DNA of 64,000 nucleotides from Polaromonas sp. (GTDB lineage Bacteria; Pseudomonadota; Gammaproteobacteria; Burkholderiales; Burkholderiaceae_C): positions 55 through 64,054 of the forward strand of contig JBILXX010000005.1 in the NCBI GenBank assembly GCA_044378095.1, given 5' to 3'. Within the stretch, counting starts at the first letter, position 1, and each line of letters starts with the position of its first letter. The notes below the pieces were generated by a model. It worked only from the letters and a program-made list of their open reading frames with translations, was not told where the DNA came from and did no database searches. This document shows, piece by piece, positions 38,218 through 49,200 of the stretch. The translations under genes and the position numbers were made by a program.

Positions 38218-41200
38218 GTCACTTGCGCTAGCAAACCGTCCAGCGTCTTGGCTTTCACAAACTTGGCGGGGTTCTGGCCAGTTGCCACCGCCTCAAAATG
38301 CCGCACGCCACAGTCAATCTTGTCAGACTCGCCAGTGCGTAAGTCCAGTGTGACCAAGCTGCCTTTGGTCTCCACCACAAAGTACAACTTGTCTTGCCCC
38401 TCATGGTCAACCACTACTGCCCAGTCTGGGTTGTAGCCGCCAAGCGGCGTTGGGATGCTGAACCAGCTTGGCAGCTTCACATACAGCTTGACCGACTCAT
38501 TTTTCTCTAGTGCGTCAGCAAAAGTACGTTCAATCTCTGAGTCATACAGCACGCTTTCAAACACTGATTTCTCAGCCTTCAGCGTATTGAGGTAACCCAT
38601 CAGCTCGGCCGTTTCAAACAGCTCTTGTGCCCAAACATGCGCTTGACTGTCTACATCGCCCAAGCGGGTGTAGCGTATGCCGTCCACGATGGCGTGTTGC
38701 TTGTAACAGTTGATGTACTTCGCCGCCAAGTCAATAAACTGCTGCGGATTGATTTTGAAATCACCCAGCCGCCCGCTGCGCTGCAGCACATCGACCAGGC
38801 TGCGGCGCGTCAGTTGTGTGCGGTCTTGCAACTCGGTCAGCAGGTCAGGCAGGGGAATCGTCTCAGCCAAGGTTTCATGCACAGAGTCGCTGGTACCCAC
38901 TGCATCCACACCACCACGCCCAATTGACAAATCTGCCTTGCGAAAGCGCGCGCGGGTAGGCGTGACTTTGGGTGCTTCTTGCAAGGCTTTGACGCAGGTA
39001 TCCAGCAACTTGGCATTGTCAAACGCCACGCGGTAAGTGGTGCGGTGCTTGATGCGGTCCCACAGCGCTTTGAAGTCAGGGCTTAAATACACCTCGCGGC
39101 GCAGTGCAATGGGTTTTTTGTCGTCGGCGTTTTTAATGTCCAGCTTGCCCGCCAGTTTGCGCAGGCGGTCAATGATCTGAACCTTCCATGCTTCCAACTC
39201 CAATGGGATGGGTACCGTGCCGTCTTTCAGCGCCTGGCGCAATCCGTCTTGCACTTTGCCAGCCGCATTGATCAAGCCCAAAGATTTCAAATGCTGGGCA
39301 ATGGCTTCAGAGCGCTCCGCGCCCAACACATCAGCATCACCATCCGCGCCAGCCACGGCCAACTGTGCAAAGGCATGGCCTTCGACCACACCAAAGCGTA
39401 TGCCGGTCTCGGCCTCCATTTCTTTTTGCAGTTTGTCGGCAAAGTCTTCATAGCTTTCGTTGGCAATCACGGTGAGTGTGTTCACCTCAAAGCCGCGCAG
39501 GCGTTGGCCGGTTTGGTCCACGCACAGGCGCAAGCCACGGCCAATGGTTTGGCGGCGCTCGCGCTCGGTGTTGATCTCGCGCAGGTTGCAAATCTGAAAC
39601 ACATTGGGGTTGTCCCAGCCTTCGCGCAGAGCAGAATGCGAGAAGATGAATTTGAGCGGCGTGTCAAAGCTCAACAAGCGCTCTTTGTCTTTCATGATCA
39701 GGTTGTAAGCTCGTTCTGCGCTGTCACGACCCGTTTGGTTACTTTCACCTGTGTCTGTCCAGCCGCCTTTTTTGTCGATAGAAAAGTAGCCGTCATGTAC
39801 GCCGCTGGCGGGGGCACTTAAATCGACTTCTTTAAACAAGCTGTTGTACCTGCTGGACTTGGCATAGGCCGTGTATTCCTCTTCAAACATCTGCGCAAAC
39901 TTGCCCTGCGCGGCAACACCATTGTCGCTGTACTGGCGGTAGTTGGCCACGGTGTCGATAAAAAACAGGCTCAGCACCTTGATGCCTTTGGGCCGCAAAC
40001 GCAGCTCTTTGTCCAGGTGCTCGCGAATGGTGCGCTTGATCATCATGCGTTTGATGGCGTCGTCGTCTACATCGCCTACCGCCTGACCTACTGTCAGTTG
40101 CTCTTCCCCGCCCGGAAATCGCAAGTCCAGGTACTGCGCACCTGTTTTGGCGCTGAATTCGCCCACCACGTAGTTGGCGTACATGGCATTGTTGGTGACC
40201 TGCTGCAAGTCATCGTCCACCCGCACTTTTTTAGCCATCCGTTTGATGCTGCCCGTTTTAGACTGCACGTCCAGCTCCACCTCGGCCACCGGTTTTTTTG
40301 CCTCAAAGCCGACACCCAGAAGCTTCACATACGGCTTGTTATGACCACCTTGAATATCCAGGCTGGCCACTTCAATTTGTTTGACCAGCTGCCGCTCATA
40401 CGCGTCCACCGCGTCCAGCTTGTAGACCATGTGGTGCTTGGTGGCATGGGTGGCTGAATAGCGCAGGGTACACAGCGGGTTCATTTCGCTAAGCGCTTGT
40501 TTGCCCTTGCCGTCTTTGCCACCGTCCACGCTTTGTGGCTCGTCCACAATCACGATGGGGCGGGCTTGGCGAATCAGCGTGATGGGGCTCTCACCGCCCG
40601 TTTTTTCGCTGTCTTTGTAAACCACCGCATAGTCTGCTCGGGCAATCGACTGAATCGTCATCACCATGATCTGCATGTGCGAACTGGTTGCAAAGTTACG
40701 GACTTGGCCTAGTTTTTTAGAGTCATAAATAAAGTAATCAAACGGCACACCCGCGTACAGCGTTTTAAAGTGCGGCGCCATGATTTGCAGGCTTTTGTAC
40801 ACGCCTTCTTTGATGGCCACCGACGGCACCACAATCACAAACTTGGTAAAGCCAAACTTCTGGTTCAGCTCAAACAGCGTGCGCAGGTAGACATAGGTTT
40901 TGCCGGTGCCGGTTTCCATTTCTACCGTGAAGTCGCCTGACTCCAATGTGGGCGACAGCGCCAAGCCGTTGCGCAGTTGCACCGCGTTCAGGTTTTTAAG
41001 CAAGTCGTCGTCCAGCAGGCTGAGCCGGTTGCCAATACCCAGCTCGCTTTCAGCCAGCCCCAGACCCATTTGCTGCTGCACCACCTGCCCTGCAAGGTCG
41101 ATGCTTTGGCCATAGCCCGGCGCACTGTGACTGACGGTAAATTCAGTCCGGCACAGCTCTTGGCCCATGAAGAGGCCACACACCGCGTCAATGGCGGCGC

Positions 41201-41237
41201 GCTGGTAGTCCAGGTTGTGTTCAAACTGAAGGTTCAT
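38214..41237 (-). CDS. res: Type III restriction enzyme Res subunit (SF2 helicase plus PD-(D/E)xK nuclease)
   Basis: [50 protein letters not shown]...VETKG. Confidence 0.93.
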   Translation of the reverse strand: MNLQFEHNLDYQRAAIDAVCGLFMGQELCRTEFTVSHSAPGYGQSIDLAGQVVQQQMGLGLAESELGIGNRLSLLDDDLLKNLNAVQLRNGLALSPTLESGDFTVEMETGTGKTYVYLRTLFELNQKFGFTKFVIVVPSVAIKEGVYKSLQIMAPHFKTLYAGVPFDYFIYDSKKLGQVRNFATSSHMQIMVMTIQSIARADYAVVYKDSEKTGGESPITLIRQARPIVIVDEPQSVDGGKDGKGKQALSEMNPLCTLRYSATHATKHHMVYKLDAVDAYERQLVKQIEVASLDIQGGHNKPYVKLLGVGFEAKKPVAEVELDVQSKTGSIKRMAKKVRVDDDLQQVTNNAMYANYVVGEFSAKTGAQYLDLRFPGGEEQLTVGQAVGDVDDDAIKRMMIKRTIREHLDKELRLRPKGIKVLSLFFIDTVANYRQYSDNGVAAQGKFAQMFEEEYTAYAKSSRYNSLFKEVDLSAPASGVHDGYFSIDKKGGWTDTGESNQTGRDSAERAYNLIMKDKERLLSFDTPLKFIFSHSALREGWDNPNVFQICNLREINTERERRQTIGRGLRLCVDQTGQRLRGFEVNTLTVIANESYEDFADKLQKEMEAETGIRFGVVEGHAFAQLAVAGADGDADVLGAERSEAIAQHLKSLGLINAAGKVQDGLRQALKDGTVPIPLELEAWKVQIIDRLRKLAGKLDIKNADDKKPIALRREVYLSPDFKALWDRIKHRTTYRVAFDNAKLLDTCVKALQEAPKVTPTRARFRKADLSIGRGGVDAVGTSDSVHETLAETIPLPDLLTELQDRTQLTRRSLVDVLQRSGRLGDFKINPQQFIDLAAKYINCYKQHAIVDGIRYTRLGDVDSQAHVWAQELFETAELMGYLNTLKAEKSVFESVLYDSEIERTFADALEKNESVKLYVKLPSWFSIPTPLGGYNPDWAVVVDHEGQDKLYFVVETKGSLVTLDLRTGESDKIDCGVRHFEAVATGQNPAKFVKAKTLDGLLAQVT

Positions 41238-41291
41238 AGCTTGTACTTGTTGTGACTTTGAACGCTTTCCAAAATGGAAGCAGTTGCATGG

Positions 41292-42320
41292 TCATTTGGC
41301 AGGTTTCGGTTTTGACAGCAGCTTTGTGGTCTGTACCAGCGACTCAATCGACGTGCCGTCCGCTGCATTTTCAAGCTGCGCGCGGCGTTGTTCGGCAAAT
41401 TTATCGTATTCGGCATGCGCTTTTGCCAGCGCTGCTTTGTGGCTCACAGCCCCAGCGTTGCCCAACACGTTGCGGTCGTTAAACGCCAAAAACGCATCAA
41501 GCCGCTCGTTCCAGTGCGCTAAAAACACCTGCTTGCGTCGCAGCGCCTGGTCTTCTGCAAAGTCCAGCCACATGGTGACGATGCGGTTCAGCTCGGTCAC
41601 TTCCGCTTCATGCAGGTAGTTTTTGGCTACCGTTACGTCTGCTTTGTTCAGCCACTGCCCCTTCCAGCTTGACAAACCCATATTCGGTTGCGTTGCGTCT
41701 ACCCGGGCGGTGATAAGCTCTGCCGCCGTTTGGCCAGTCACTGCAAAGTGCAGCTTGTTTTGAATCACCCGAAAAAACGCGGTGGTCTCTGGCAAGCTGG
41801 GCTCATAGTCCGCCGCCAGCGTGAAAATTTCACGCACCCGCAGGTACATGCGTCGCTCGCTGGCACGTATGTCACGCACACGGTCAAGCATTTGCGCGAA
41901 GTAATCAGGTGCCGCGTTGTCTGCAACGGGCGGGTTTTTAAGCCGCTCGTCGTCCATGGTGAAGCCTTTGAGCAAGTACTCACCCAGCCGCTCGGTAGCC
42001 CAGCGCCTGAACTGCGTGCCGCGTGCGGACCGCACGCGATAGCCCACCGCCAGCACCATGTCCAGGTTGTAGTGCTCTACATCACGCTCTACATTGCGGC
42101 CGCCCTCAGATTGAACTGTTCGGAATAGCCGAACAGTTGCCTCAGGGCTTAGCTCGCCTTCCTCGTAAATGTGTTTGATGTGCTCACTAACCGTCCCTTT
42201 TGCTTTGCCAAACAGTTCTGCAAGCTGCTTTTGGCTAAGCCACAGGGTTTCGCCATCCAGCGTCACGTCCAGTCGCGTGCGCCCGTCGTCGCTTTGAAAA
42301 ATTAAAAATTCACCCATCAC
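41292..42320 (-). CDS. RhuM-family DNA-binding protein
   Basis: ETLWLSQKQLAELF, HYNLDMVLAVGYRV, FRRWAT, RDIRASE, KNYL. Confidence 0.9.
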   Translation of the reverse strand: MMGEFLIFQSDDGRTRLDVTLDGETLWLSQKQLAELFGKAKGTVSEHIKHIYEEGELSPEATVRLFRTVQSEGGRNVERDVEHYNLDMVLAVGYRVRSARGTQFRRWATERLGEYLLKGFTMDDERLKNPPVADNAAPDYFAQMLDRVRDIRASERRMYLRVREIFTLAADYEPSLPETTAFFRVIQNKLHFAVTGQTAAELITARVDATQPNMGLSSWKGQWLNKADVTVAKNYLHEAEVTELNRIVTMWLDFAEDQALRRKQVFLAHWNERLDAFLAFNDRNVLGNAGAVSHKAALAKAHAEYDKFAEQRRAQLENAADGTSIESLVQTTKLLSKPKPAK

Positions 42321-44458
42321 AAGCTCCGCACGTCCTCCAGCCCGCGCTGGCGCAGGATGGCGGTTAGGTTGGTTTTGGCGACATCTCCGTCAAACAGGCT
42401 GTCGCGCAGCACCACGCGGGTGTGCAGCTCGGCCGGGGTTTGGCCTAAAGTGGCGGCCAGTTGGGTGTGCCAGTCGGCTATGCCCAGGGCCAGCGCCTCG
42501 GCGTTGGCGGCTGTGACGCTGGCTTCAAGCATCGCACCTTTTTCGTCGCCGTCCCGGGCCAAACACACCAGCAGAGCCCCAGCGCCCACGCTGTGTACCG
42601 TGTGCCCGGCAATCACCTGGCGCTGCACGGGCAAGGCCAGGTCCAGCCCTTGTTTGAGCAGCACTTCATACAGCACGTCCGCCTCGGTACGGCCAGCGGC
42701 CAGGTGCTCGGTGTGCGCCATCAGCGTGTCGGCCAGCTCATCGGGGTTGGGGTTCCAGGCGCGGATGTTGGACGTGTCGAGCTTGAAGACCTTGAAGCCC
42801 AAATCGAGTGGCTTTTGGGGCGTTTTAGCCTCATTTTCAAGGCTTAATTGGGCTGTAGCCGAATCATGACGGGCGTAAGCAGCTCCTATTTTTGTAGCGG
42901 CGCGGCGCAGGCGTTCTTTGGTGAGTTCGGCGATGTTGCGGGGTTTGCCGATGGAATCGCAAAAATCAGCCGCTACCTTTTGATCTTTGTTTTCAATGTC
43001 TAACGCTTCTGGGAGTTGAACCAGAATGAAGCGTCGTCCAGCGCGCTCTGTTTCATTTTGCTCAAAAATAGCGTGACCGGATGTACCAGAACCTGCAAAA
43101 AAATCCAACACCAGATCGTCAGGACCACAAATGTAGCTAACGAGTTTTTTCAAATCGTCTAGAGGTTTTGGATTATCAAAAACTCTCTTGCCTTCAAAAA
43201 GTGCGTTAAATTGATTTGCAGAGTTCTGCGCGTAGCTGTAGTGAACGCTGACCATTACTTGATCGCTGTTTTCAAACAAATTCGTTCTTACTCTCGGTAC
43301 GGTTGTTTCATCAACGCCAAACACGATTCGGCCATTTGCCACCTCTTCCCAGAAACGATTTGGATTTGGGTATCGCCATCCACTTACGGGCAGTTTGCAT
43401 GGTCGGTTTGTGGTGGGATGCAGAACCTCGTAAAAAGGGCCACCACCGCCAGGCCAGTTAATATTTCCGTCGTCGCGAAACGGCCCTTTTTCGTCAACTT
43501 TTGTGAATCGTTTTAACGGTGCACGTTCATCTTCGTCTGTTATCAAAGCGTAGTAGTCAGAAAGCCCCTGCCGAATGCTCGGCCAATCGTTGCCGTGAAG
43601 ATTTACAAGCCGGACAAACTCTGCTCTTACTTCTTCAACCCCTTCCTTTTGACCTCTGAAAATTATTTGGTTTTCTTTTAGTAACGCTTCGTTCTTAAAG
43701 TAAACAAGCATGTACTCATGTCCAACAGAAAAATATTTTGCGTCATTTTTTCTGTTTCTATCCCACACAAGACATGCAGCGAAATTTTCCTCCCCAAATA
43801 CCTCATCCACAACACGGCGGATGTTGTGCATTTCCGCATCATCAATGCTAATAAAAATAACCCCATCCTCCCGCAACAAATTCCGAGCCAACTTCAACCT
43901 CGGATACATCATGTTCAGCCAGTCCGTATGAAAGCGCCCGCTGGCCTCGGTGTTGCTGCTGAGCTTGCGGCCTTCGCCGTCCGTCTGGCCGGTCAGCTCC
44001 AGGTAGTTTTTAATGTTGTCGGTGAAGTTGTCGGGGTACACAAAGTCTTTGCCGGTGTTGTACGGCGGGTCGATGTAGATCATCTTGACTTTGCCGGCGT
44101 AGCTTTTTTGCAGCAGCTTTAAGACTTCGAGGTTGTCGCCCTCAATCATCAGGTTTTGGGTGGTGTCCCAGTCCACACTCTCGCCGGGGCAGGGGCGCAA
44201 GGTGCCTGTGCTGGGGGTCAGCGCAATTTGCCGGGCGCGGCGTTTGCCGTGCCAGTTCAAACCATACTTTTCCTCCCGCTCATCGACTTGCCCACCCAGC
44301 AGTTGTTTGAGGACCTCAAAGTCAACGCCGCCTTCTTTGAAGGCCTCGGGGAACAGGGTTTTAAGCTGGGCCAGGTTGCCTTCCACCACGTTGGCGCTTT
44401 GGGTGTGGGCGGCGTCTAGCGGGGCAATCACGCTGGCTGAGCTTGATGATGTGTTCAT
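42317..44458 (-). CDS. mod: Type III R-M Mod subunit (N6-adenine DNA methyltransferase, beta arrangement)
   Basis: YGLNWHGK, IEGDNLEVLKLL, motif IV IYIDPPY, motif I LDFFAGSG, GFKVFKLD. Confidence 0.93.
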   Translation of the reverse strand: MNTSSSSASVIAPLDAAHTQSANVVEGNLAQLKTLFPEAFKEGGVDFEVLKQLLGGQVDEREEKYGLNWHGKRRARQIALTPSTGTLRPCPGESVDWDTTQNLMIEGDNLEVLKLLQKSYAGKVKMIYIDPPYNTGKDFVYPDNFTDNIKNYLELTGQTDGEGRKLSSNTEASGRFHTDWLNMMYPRLKLARNLLREDGVIFISIDDAEMHNIRRVVDEVFGEENFAACLVWDRNRKNDAKYFSVGHEYMLVYFKNEALLKENQIIFRGQKEGVEEVRAEFVRLVNLHGNDWPSIRQGLSDYYALITDEDERAPLKRFTKVDEKGPFRDDGNINWPGGGGPFYEVLHPTTNRPCKLPVSGWRYPNPNRFWEEVANGRIVFGVDETTVPRVRTNLFENSDQVMVSVHYSYAQNSANQFNALFEGKRVFDNPKPLDDLKKLVSYICGPDDLVLDFFAGSGTSGHAIFEQNETERAGRRFILVQLPEALDIENKDQKVAADFCDSIGKPRNIAELTKERLRRAATKIGAAYARHDSATAQLSLENEAKTPQKPLDLGFKVFKLDTSNIRAWNPNPDELADTLMAHTEHLAAGRTEADVLYEVLLKQGLDLALPVQRQVIAGHTVHSVGAGALLVCLARDGDEKGAMLEASVTAANAEALALGIADWHTQLAATLGQTPAELHTRVVLRDSLFDGDVAKTNLTAILRQRGLEDVRSL
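42815..42898 (-). repeat. Dispersed repeat family A, copy 10, in frame inside mod (sense)
   Basis: GCTACAAAAATAGGAGCTGCTTACGCCCGTCATGATTCGGC; encodes ATKIGAAYARHDSATAQLSLENEAKT. Confidence 0.85.
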
Positions 44459-44498
44459 AGTTGACAGGTTGTTTTTTTAATCTGTGCGTTGTGCTGTT

Positions 44499-44531
44499 TT
44501 CAATAGTCCGCCCAGTGGGTGGACTATTGAA
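44499..44531. other. Long hairpin between the toxin gene and mod
   Basis: TTCAATAGTCC-GCCC-AGT-GGGT-GGACTATTGAA, about 15-bp stem; no adjacent U-tract on either strand. Confidence 0.7.
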
Positions 44532-44553
44532 GGAAGGTCAGACAAGGTGCGCT

Positions 44554-45018
44554 TCAGGTGGATTGGTTGAGCAGTTCTTCGATGCTTTGCGGCACGATGC
44601 CTTTGGCGAGCATTCGGCCAAAGGTTTCGTAAACATCGGTTTTTGAACCCGCTTTGCGCAGAGTGTCCTCATCGTTGAACCAGACATAGACAATGAGTTT
44701 GACGGGGCTGGAGGCATAGCGAAAAAACAGGCGGTAGCGGCCGGGTAAGCCTTTTTTGACTCTGCGCCAATGGGCGTTCGTTGAAGCTGCGGTGCCTAGC
44801 GTCTTGCCAAGCCGAAATTCTGGCGCTGCGGGGTTGGCGGGCACGGTTTGGCTCATGGCTTTGAAGATGGAGGCCAAGAGTTTGGTTTTAGGGTGGGTTT
44901 TGTAAGTGCTAGGCTCGCGCTGAGCAAGCTGGGAGACGAAGCCTTCCAGCTCGCCCAAGGCAACTTGAAAGGCGCGGAGCTTGAAAATTTGCCATCCGTT
45001 GACTTGCATGGCGATCAA
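44554..45018 (-). CDS. YhaV-family toxin (RelE-superfamily RNase)
   Basis: VNGW, KTKLLASI, EFRLGKTLG, WRRVKKG..RYRLFFRY, IVYVWFNDEDTLRKAGSKTDVY. Confidence 0.88.
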   Translation of the reverse strand: MIAMQVNGWQIFKLRAFQVALGELEGFVSQLAQREPSTYKTHPKTKLLASIFKAMSQTVPANPAAPEFRLGKTLGTAASTNAHWRRVKKGLPGRYRLFFRYASSPVKLIVYVWFNDEDTLRKAGSKTDVYETFGRMLAKGIVPQSIEELLNQST

Positions 45019-45335
45019 TCAACCTCAACGCCTTCAACCAAAGCGGCAATTCGAGCCCATTGTGCGGGGTCAGCAGGCACGATTTGCTCAGGATGGGCGG
45101 CCATTTGAGCTTCTAAAAAGCTCAAAAAACTCTCCATCACGGGGTCTATCTCTGGCTTGGCGGCTTTGCTTTTGGCAGCGGGCTGCGCGGAGATGAGCAC
45201 CTGGCCATCGGCCACAAAGGTGGCACGTACTTTGCCGCTGAACTCGGGGTGGGCATTAAAAAACCCCGCTGGCAGGCGCATGCCGCGGCTGTTGCCTACC
45301 TGAACGACGGTGCCCTCGTATTGGGTGGTTTGCAT
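45015..45335 (-). CDS. AbrB/PrlF-like antitoxin
   Basis: AbrB-type VVQVGNSRGMRLP; C-terminal DPVMESFLSFLEAQM...LVEGVEVD resembles PrlF; overlaps the toxin start. Confidence 0.82.
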   Translation of the reverse strand: MQTTQYEGTVVQVGNSRGMRLPAGFFNAHPEFSGKVRATFVADGQVLISAQPAAKSKAAKPEIDPVMESFLSFLEAQMAAHPEQIVPADPAQWARIAALVEGVEVD

Positions 45336-45420
45336 GGTGGTTTACCTTTGATGTAGATACAAGTGTGATCACGCATGTTATCCCAGAAACTAGGACTTGC
45401 CCCGCTGTTGATCATCCCGC

Positions 45421-46287
45421 TCAAAGGTGGCCTAGCAAAGCCTGGCGCTCGGCCATGAGTTTTGCAATTTGGACATTGAGAGCGGCGCGTTGGCCAAGCT
45501 GGCTTTCTTTGCGGGCCTGGGTGCGCAGGCTGGCCAGTTGTTGGCCCAGCTGGTCGTAAGCGGCCAAAGAACTGCGGCGCTGGGCGGCGTGTGGTGCGCT
45601 GGGGCTGACGATGAACTGCCCGGTGTGTTCGGCTGCGGCCAGCGCTTCAATGGCGTGCAGCCAGTCGTTGTAGCGGGCATACAGGTCCCGACATTGACGT
45701 AGTGGGGCGCTGGCGCCTTGATTGAAGGCTAAATATTGAGAAAATTGGCCAGCAGCCCCCGCTCTATGTGCGCGAGCAGCTATTGATTTAGTAGTAACCA
45801 CTTGCTCCAGCACCATGGCGCTGCCTGTGCCCAGGCTAAGGCGTTTGTGGGCCAGGCTGAGTTGTTCAGTGCCGCCGTCAGCCCCGTTATGCGCGCTGGG
45901 CTGGCTGACGATGAGGACAACCGGGTAGGGAATGGTGCGGTGAATGAGTTCAATGAGCCGGGTCAGTTGTGCGCTGCCGCGCGAGGCTGACTTGGAAGAG
46001 CTGTGGCGCAGAACCGCGTGCAACACAGCAATCTCCAGATAGTCATGGGTGCCCGTTTGCCACACCGCCAAGCCGCAGGTGGCGGGCTTCAGAGCTGCCA
46101 GCCAGTGCAGCTCGGCCAGCAACTGATTGACGAGCCGCTTGTCTGCCGCTGTGCTGCCGGGCAGATTGGCGATTTGCTCTATGAGCAGTGTTTTGGCGAT
46201 GCGCTGGCCCACGCAGGCACTGGCGGGTAGGGCCAGGGCTTGCACCAGCGCGGGGGCTTGGCTGAATGGGTTGGCCGCCTTGGTCAT
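45421..46287 (-). CDS. DUF4391-family protein
   Basis: WLAALKP, DYLEIAVL, IHRTIPYPVVL, SLAHKR, C-terminal coiled coil KESQLGQRAALNVQI; ATGA overlap with the helicase. Confidence 0.82.
   Translation of the reverse strand: MTKAANPFSQAPALVQALALPASACVGQRIAKTLLIEQIANLPGSTAADKRLVNQLLAELHWLAALKPATCGLAVWQTGTHDYLEIAVLHAVLRHSSSKSASRGSAQLTRLIELIHRTIPYPVVLIVSQPSAHNGADGGTEQLSLAHKRLSLGTGSAMVLEQVVTTKSIAARAHRAGAAGQFSQYLAFNQGASAPLRQCRDLYARYNDWLHAIEALAAAEHTGQFIVSPSAPHAAQRRSSLAAYDQLGQQLASLRTQARKESQLGQRAALNVQIAKLMAERQALLGHL
45730..45795 (-). repeat. Dispersed repeat family A, copy 11, in frame inside the DUF4391 gene (sense)
   Basis: ACTACTAAATCAATAGCTGCTCGCGCACATAGAGCGGGGGCTGCTGGCCAATTTT; encodes TTKSIAARAHRAGAAGQF. 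Confidence 0.8.
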
Positions 46288-49200
46288 GGCGCGGCGGGCA
46301 GCACCGCCAGCCAGGCCACCACTTCAAAGTCACCCATACCTGCAAATTCACCCGCCAGGGCGTGGGTGCCGCCAGGGCTGAACAAACTGGCGGCGGCGCG
46401 CTCTTGGCTTTTGCCTGCAATGGATGCAATGGCGGCGGCCAGCAGTTGCTGGGCGTGTGTCATGTTTTGCCCGCCTTTGGTTGACTTGTCAAACTGAGCG
46501 TGGGCGGCCATGTCTGGTGCAGTGCGGCCAAGCGCCAGGCGTTTGAGCTGGTCAAGGATGCGCTTGGCTTGTGGGTAGGGCAGCAGCACGGTGCCGTCTG
46601 CGCCAACCTTATCGCCGACGTGAACCAGGTAGTGGGGAGCCAGCGGGTAGCTTGGGTCTTGCCCAGTGTCTGGCCGGACAGAACGCAGGCAAAAGATGAT
46701 GCCGGGGGCAATGTCTGCATCTAGCGTGGTGGTGACGGCAAAGCTGCCAAGCGGAAGCTGCGGCAAAACGTCTGGATTCGCTTTGTTGTACTCCGCCAGG
46801 TCAATGCGAAAGTCGGTCAGGGTGAGGTCGGTAATGGCGATGCCGCTCCCCAAGTCCTCCAGATCAATCACGCTGGTTTGCATTTGAATCAGCTGGGCGC
46901 GGCGGTAGGCCAGGTCGTTCATGGGGTCGCCGGACTGTTGTTCAATCAGGTTTTCTTCGCCGGTGGCAGATATATCCAGCAGCACCATGCGGCCGCTGAC
47001 GCGCTGCTCAAGGTTGATATATTCCTCCAGCTCAATATTGGGCCAAAAGTTAACCAGCTGAATGGCGCTGTTGGGCGAGCCCAGGCGGTCAATGCGGCCA
47101 AAGCGCTGAATGATGCGCACCGGGTTCCAATGGATGTCGTAGTTGACTAAAAAGTCGCAGTCTTGCAAGTTTTGGCCTTCGCTGATGCAGTCGGTGGCAA
47201 ACAGCAGGTCAATCGTGCCCTCACTGGCCAGCTCGGCGGGGCGCTCTTTGGACTGGGGTGAAAACGCCGTCAATATATTGCCCAAGCTGCGCTGCATGGG
47301 CAGCGTGGTTTGGTTGTGGCCTGCACCTGTGACCAGGGCGGATTCAACATTTAGCTCTGCTTTGGCCCAGTCTGCCAACTGGGCATACAGGTATTTAGCG
47401 GTGTCTGCAAAGGCCGTAAAAACAATGATTTTGCGATTGCCCGCATTGAACGGGTTGCGGCATTTATCGGCAATCAAAGCTTGCAGCTTGAGCAGCTTGT
47501 CGTCTCGCGCGGCGCTGACGCTGGCGGCTGCAGCGCTTAAGGTGGCTAAGCGGTTGCGGTCTTCCGTCAGGTCTTGCCGCCAGCGTATCAAATCAACATC
47601 GCCTAGCAGTACCTTGACTTTGCGGCCCACCAGCAATGCCTCGTACGCAGGGTCTTCAATATCAATGTCGTCAATTTCCAGCTCATCAACCTCGACTGCT
47701 TTGGCATCGATGCGGGCGAGGATGCTTTCTACATCACGCAACTGGCGCTGCACGGTGAGGGTGAAGGACGACACAGAGCTTTCCATGCGCTTCAAAACAT
47801 TGACGCGCAGCAGGTGAATCAAGCTTTCTTCACGGTCTGCCTGGCGAAAGTAGCCTTGGCCACCGCGCAGCTGGGTGCTGTATTTGGCGTCATACGCTGC
47901 TTGCTTGTGCGGCAGTACGTAGCGTAATGGCGCATACGCGGCCAGGTTGAGGCGGCGGATCTCCTGGTTAATGTCGCGAATGGAACGGAACTCGCCGGTG
48001 CGGTCAACATCGGCTTTGATGTTGATGGGCGGCAAGCGATCTGGGAAGCGGCCTGTCTCTGCTGTACCGTAGTATTTTTCAATGTGGCGGCGTGACCGGG
48101 CAATCGTCAGGTGGTCTAGCAGGCTGAAGTAGTCAAAGCCCAGCATGTCAATGAGCAGCGCGGGGGTCTTCTCCTCTGCGGGAAGCGCTAGCCAGCGGTT
48201 AAAGGCTTTTTGCGCTCGGCGCGTGGTGCTGTCTATGCTGGCGATACCGTGTGGCGACAAAGCGGTGTCGTCACCCTCCGTCACGAAGGCAATTTGGTTT
48301 TTAAGGTCGTTCAAGCGGTTATTGACAGGTGTCGCCGACAGCATCAGCACGCGGGTTTTAACGCCTTCGCGGATGATTTTGCGCATCAGGCGGTCGTAGC
48401 GCGTTTCGCGGCCTTTGTTACTGGCTTTGTTGCGAAAGTTATGGGACTCGTCAATCACGACCAAATCGTAGTTGCCCCAGTTGACGTGCTGCAAATCAAT
48501 ATCACCCGACTGACCCGCGTCGCGCGACAAGTCGGTGTGGTTGAGCACGTCAAAGTTAAAGCGGTCTGCCTCTAACGCATTGCGTTTGTCGTTGGCTTTG
48601 TACAGCGCCCAGTTGTCTCGCAGGCGCTTGGGCACCAGCACCAGCACGCGGTCGTTACGCAGCTCGTGGTACTTGATGATGGCGAGGGCTTCAAAAGTTT
48701 TGCCCAGGCCTACGCTGTCGGCCAAAATACAGCCGCCAAAACGGTTGAGTTTGTCGATGGCAGCCACCACGCCGTCGCGCTGGAATTTATAAAGCTTTTT
48801 CCAAACTGCTGTGTTGCGAATGCCGGTGGAGGCTTTGACGATGGCGTCTTCGTCCAGCGCATCGTTTTTAGAAGCGAAAAGATGGTGAAGAATCAGGCTG
48901 TAGATGCTGGTTGGGTCGCGCTGCACATACAGCGCCTTAACGCTGGCTATAAGCTGGGCTTTGGCGTCGGGCTGGTCCTGCAAGGCAGCCCATTGTTGGT
49001 TAAACCACTGGCTTAAATTTGTTGCCTCTGCGCCCGTGTCTGACTGTTGAATCAAGCTGAGCGGATTGCCGGGTGCCATGCCCAGACCGTCGGTGGTGAA
49101 AGCAAATGCGCCCAAAACGGCCTGCTGCGCTTTGCCGTCACCGTCGCGTAGCACCAAAGTGCCCTGGGGAATGCTGCCTTTAGCCTGGCGTACTTCGGCG

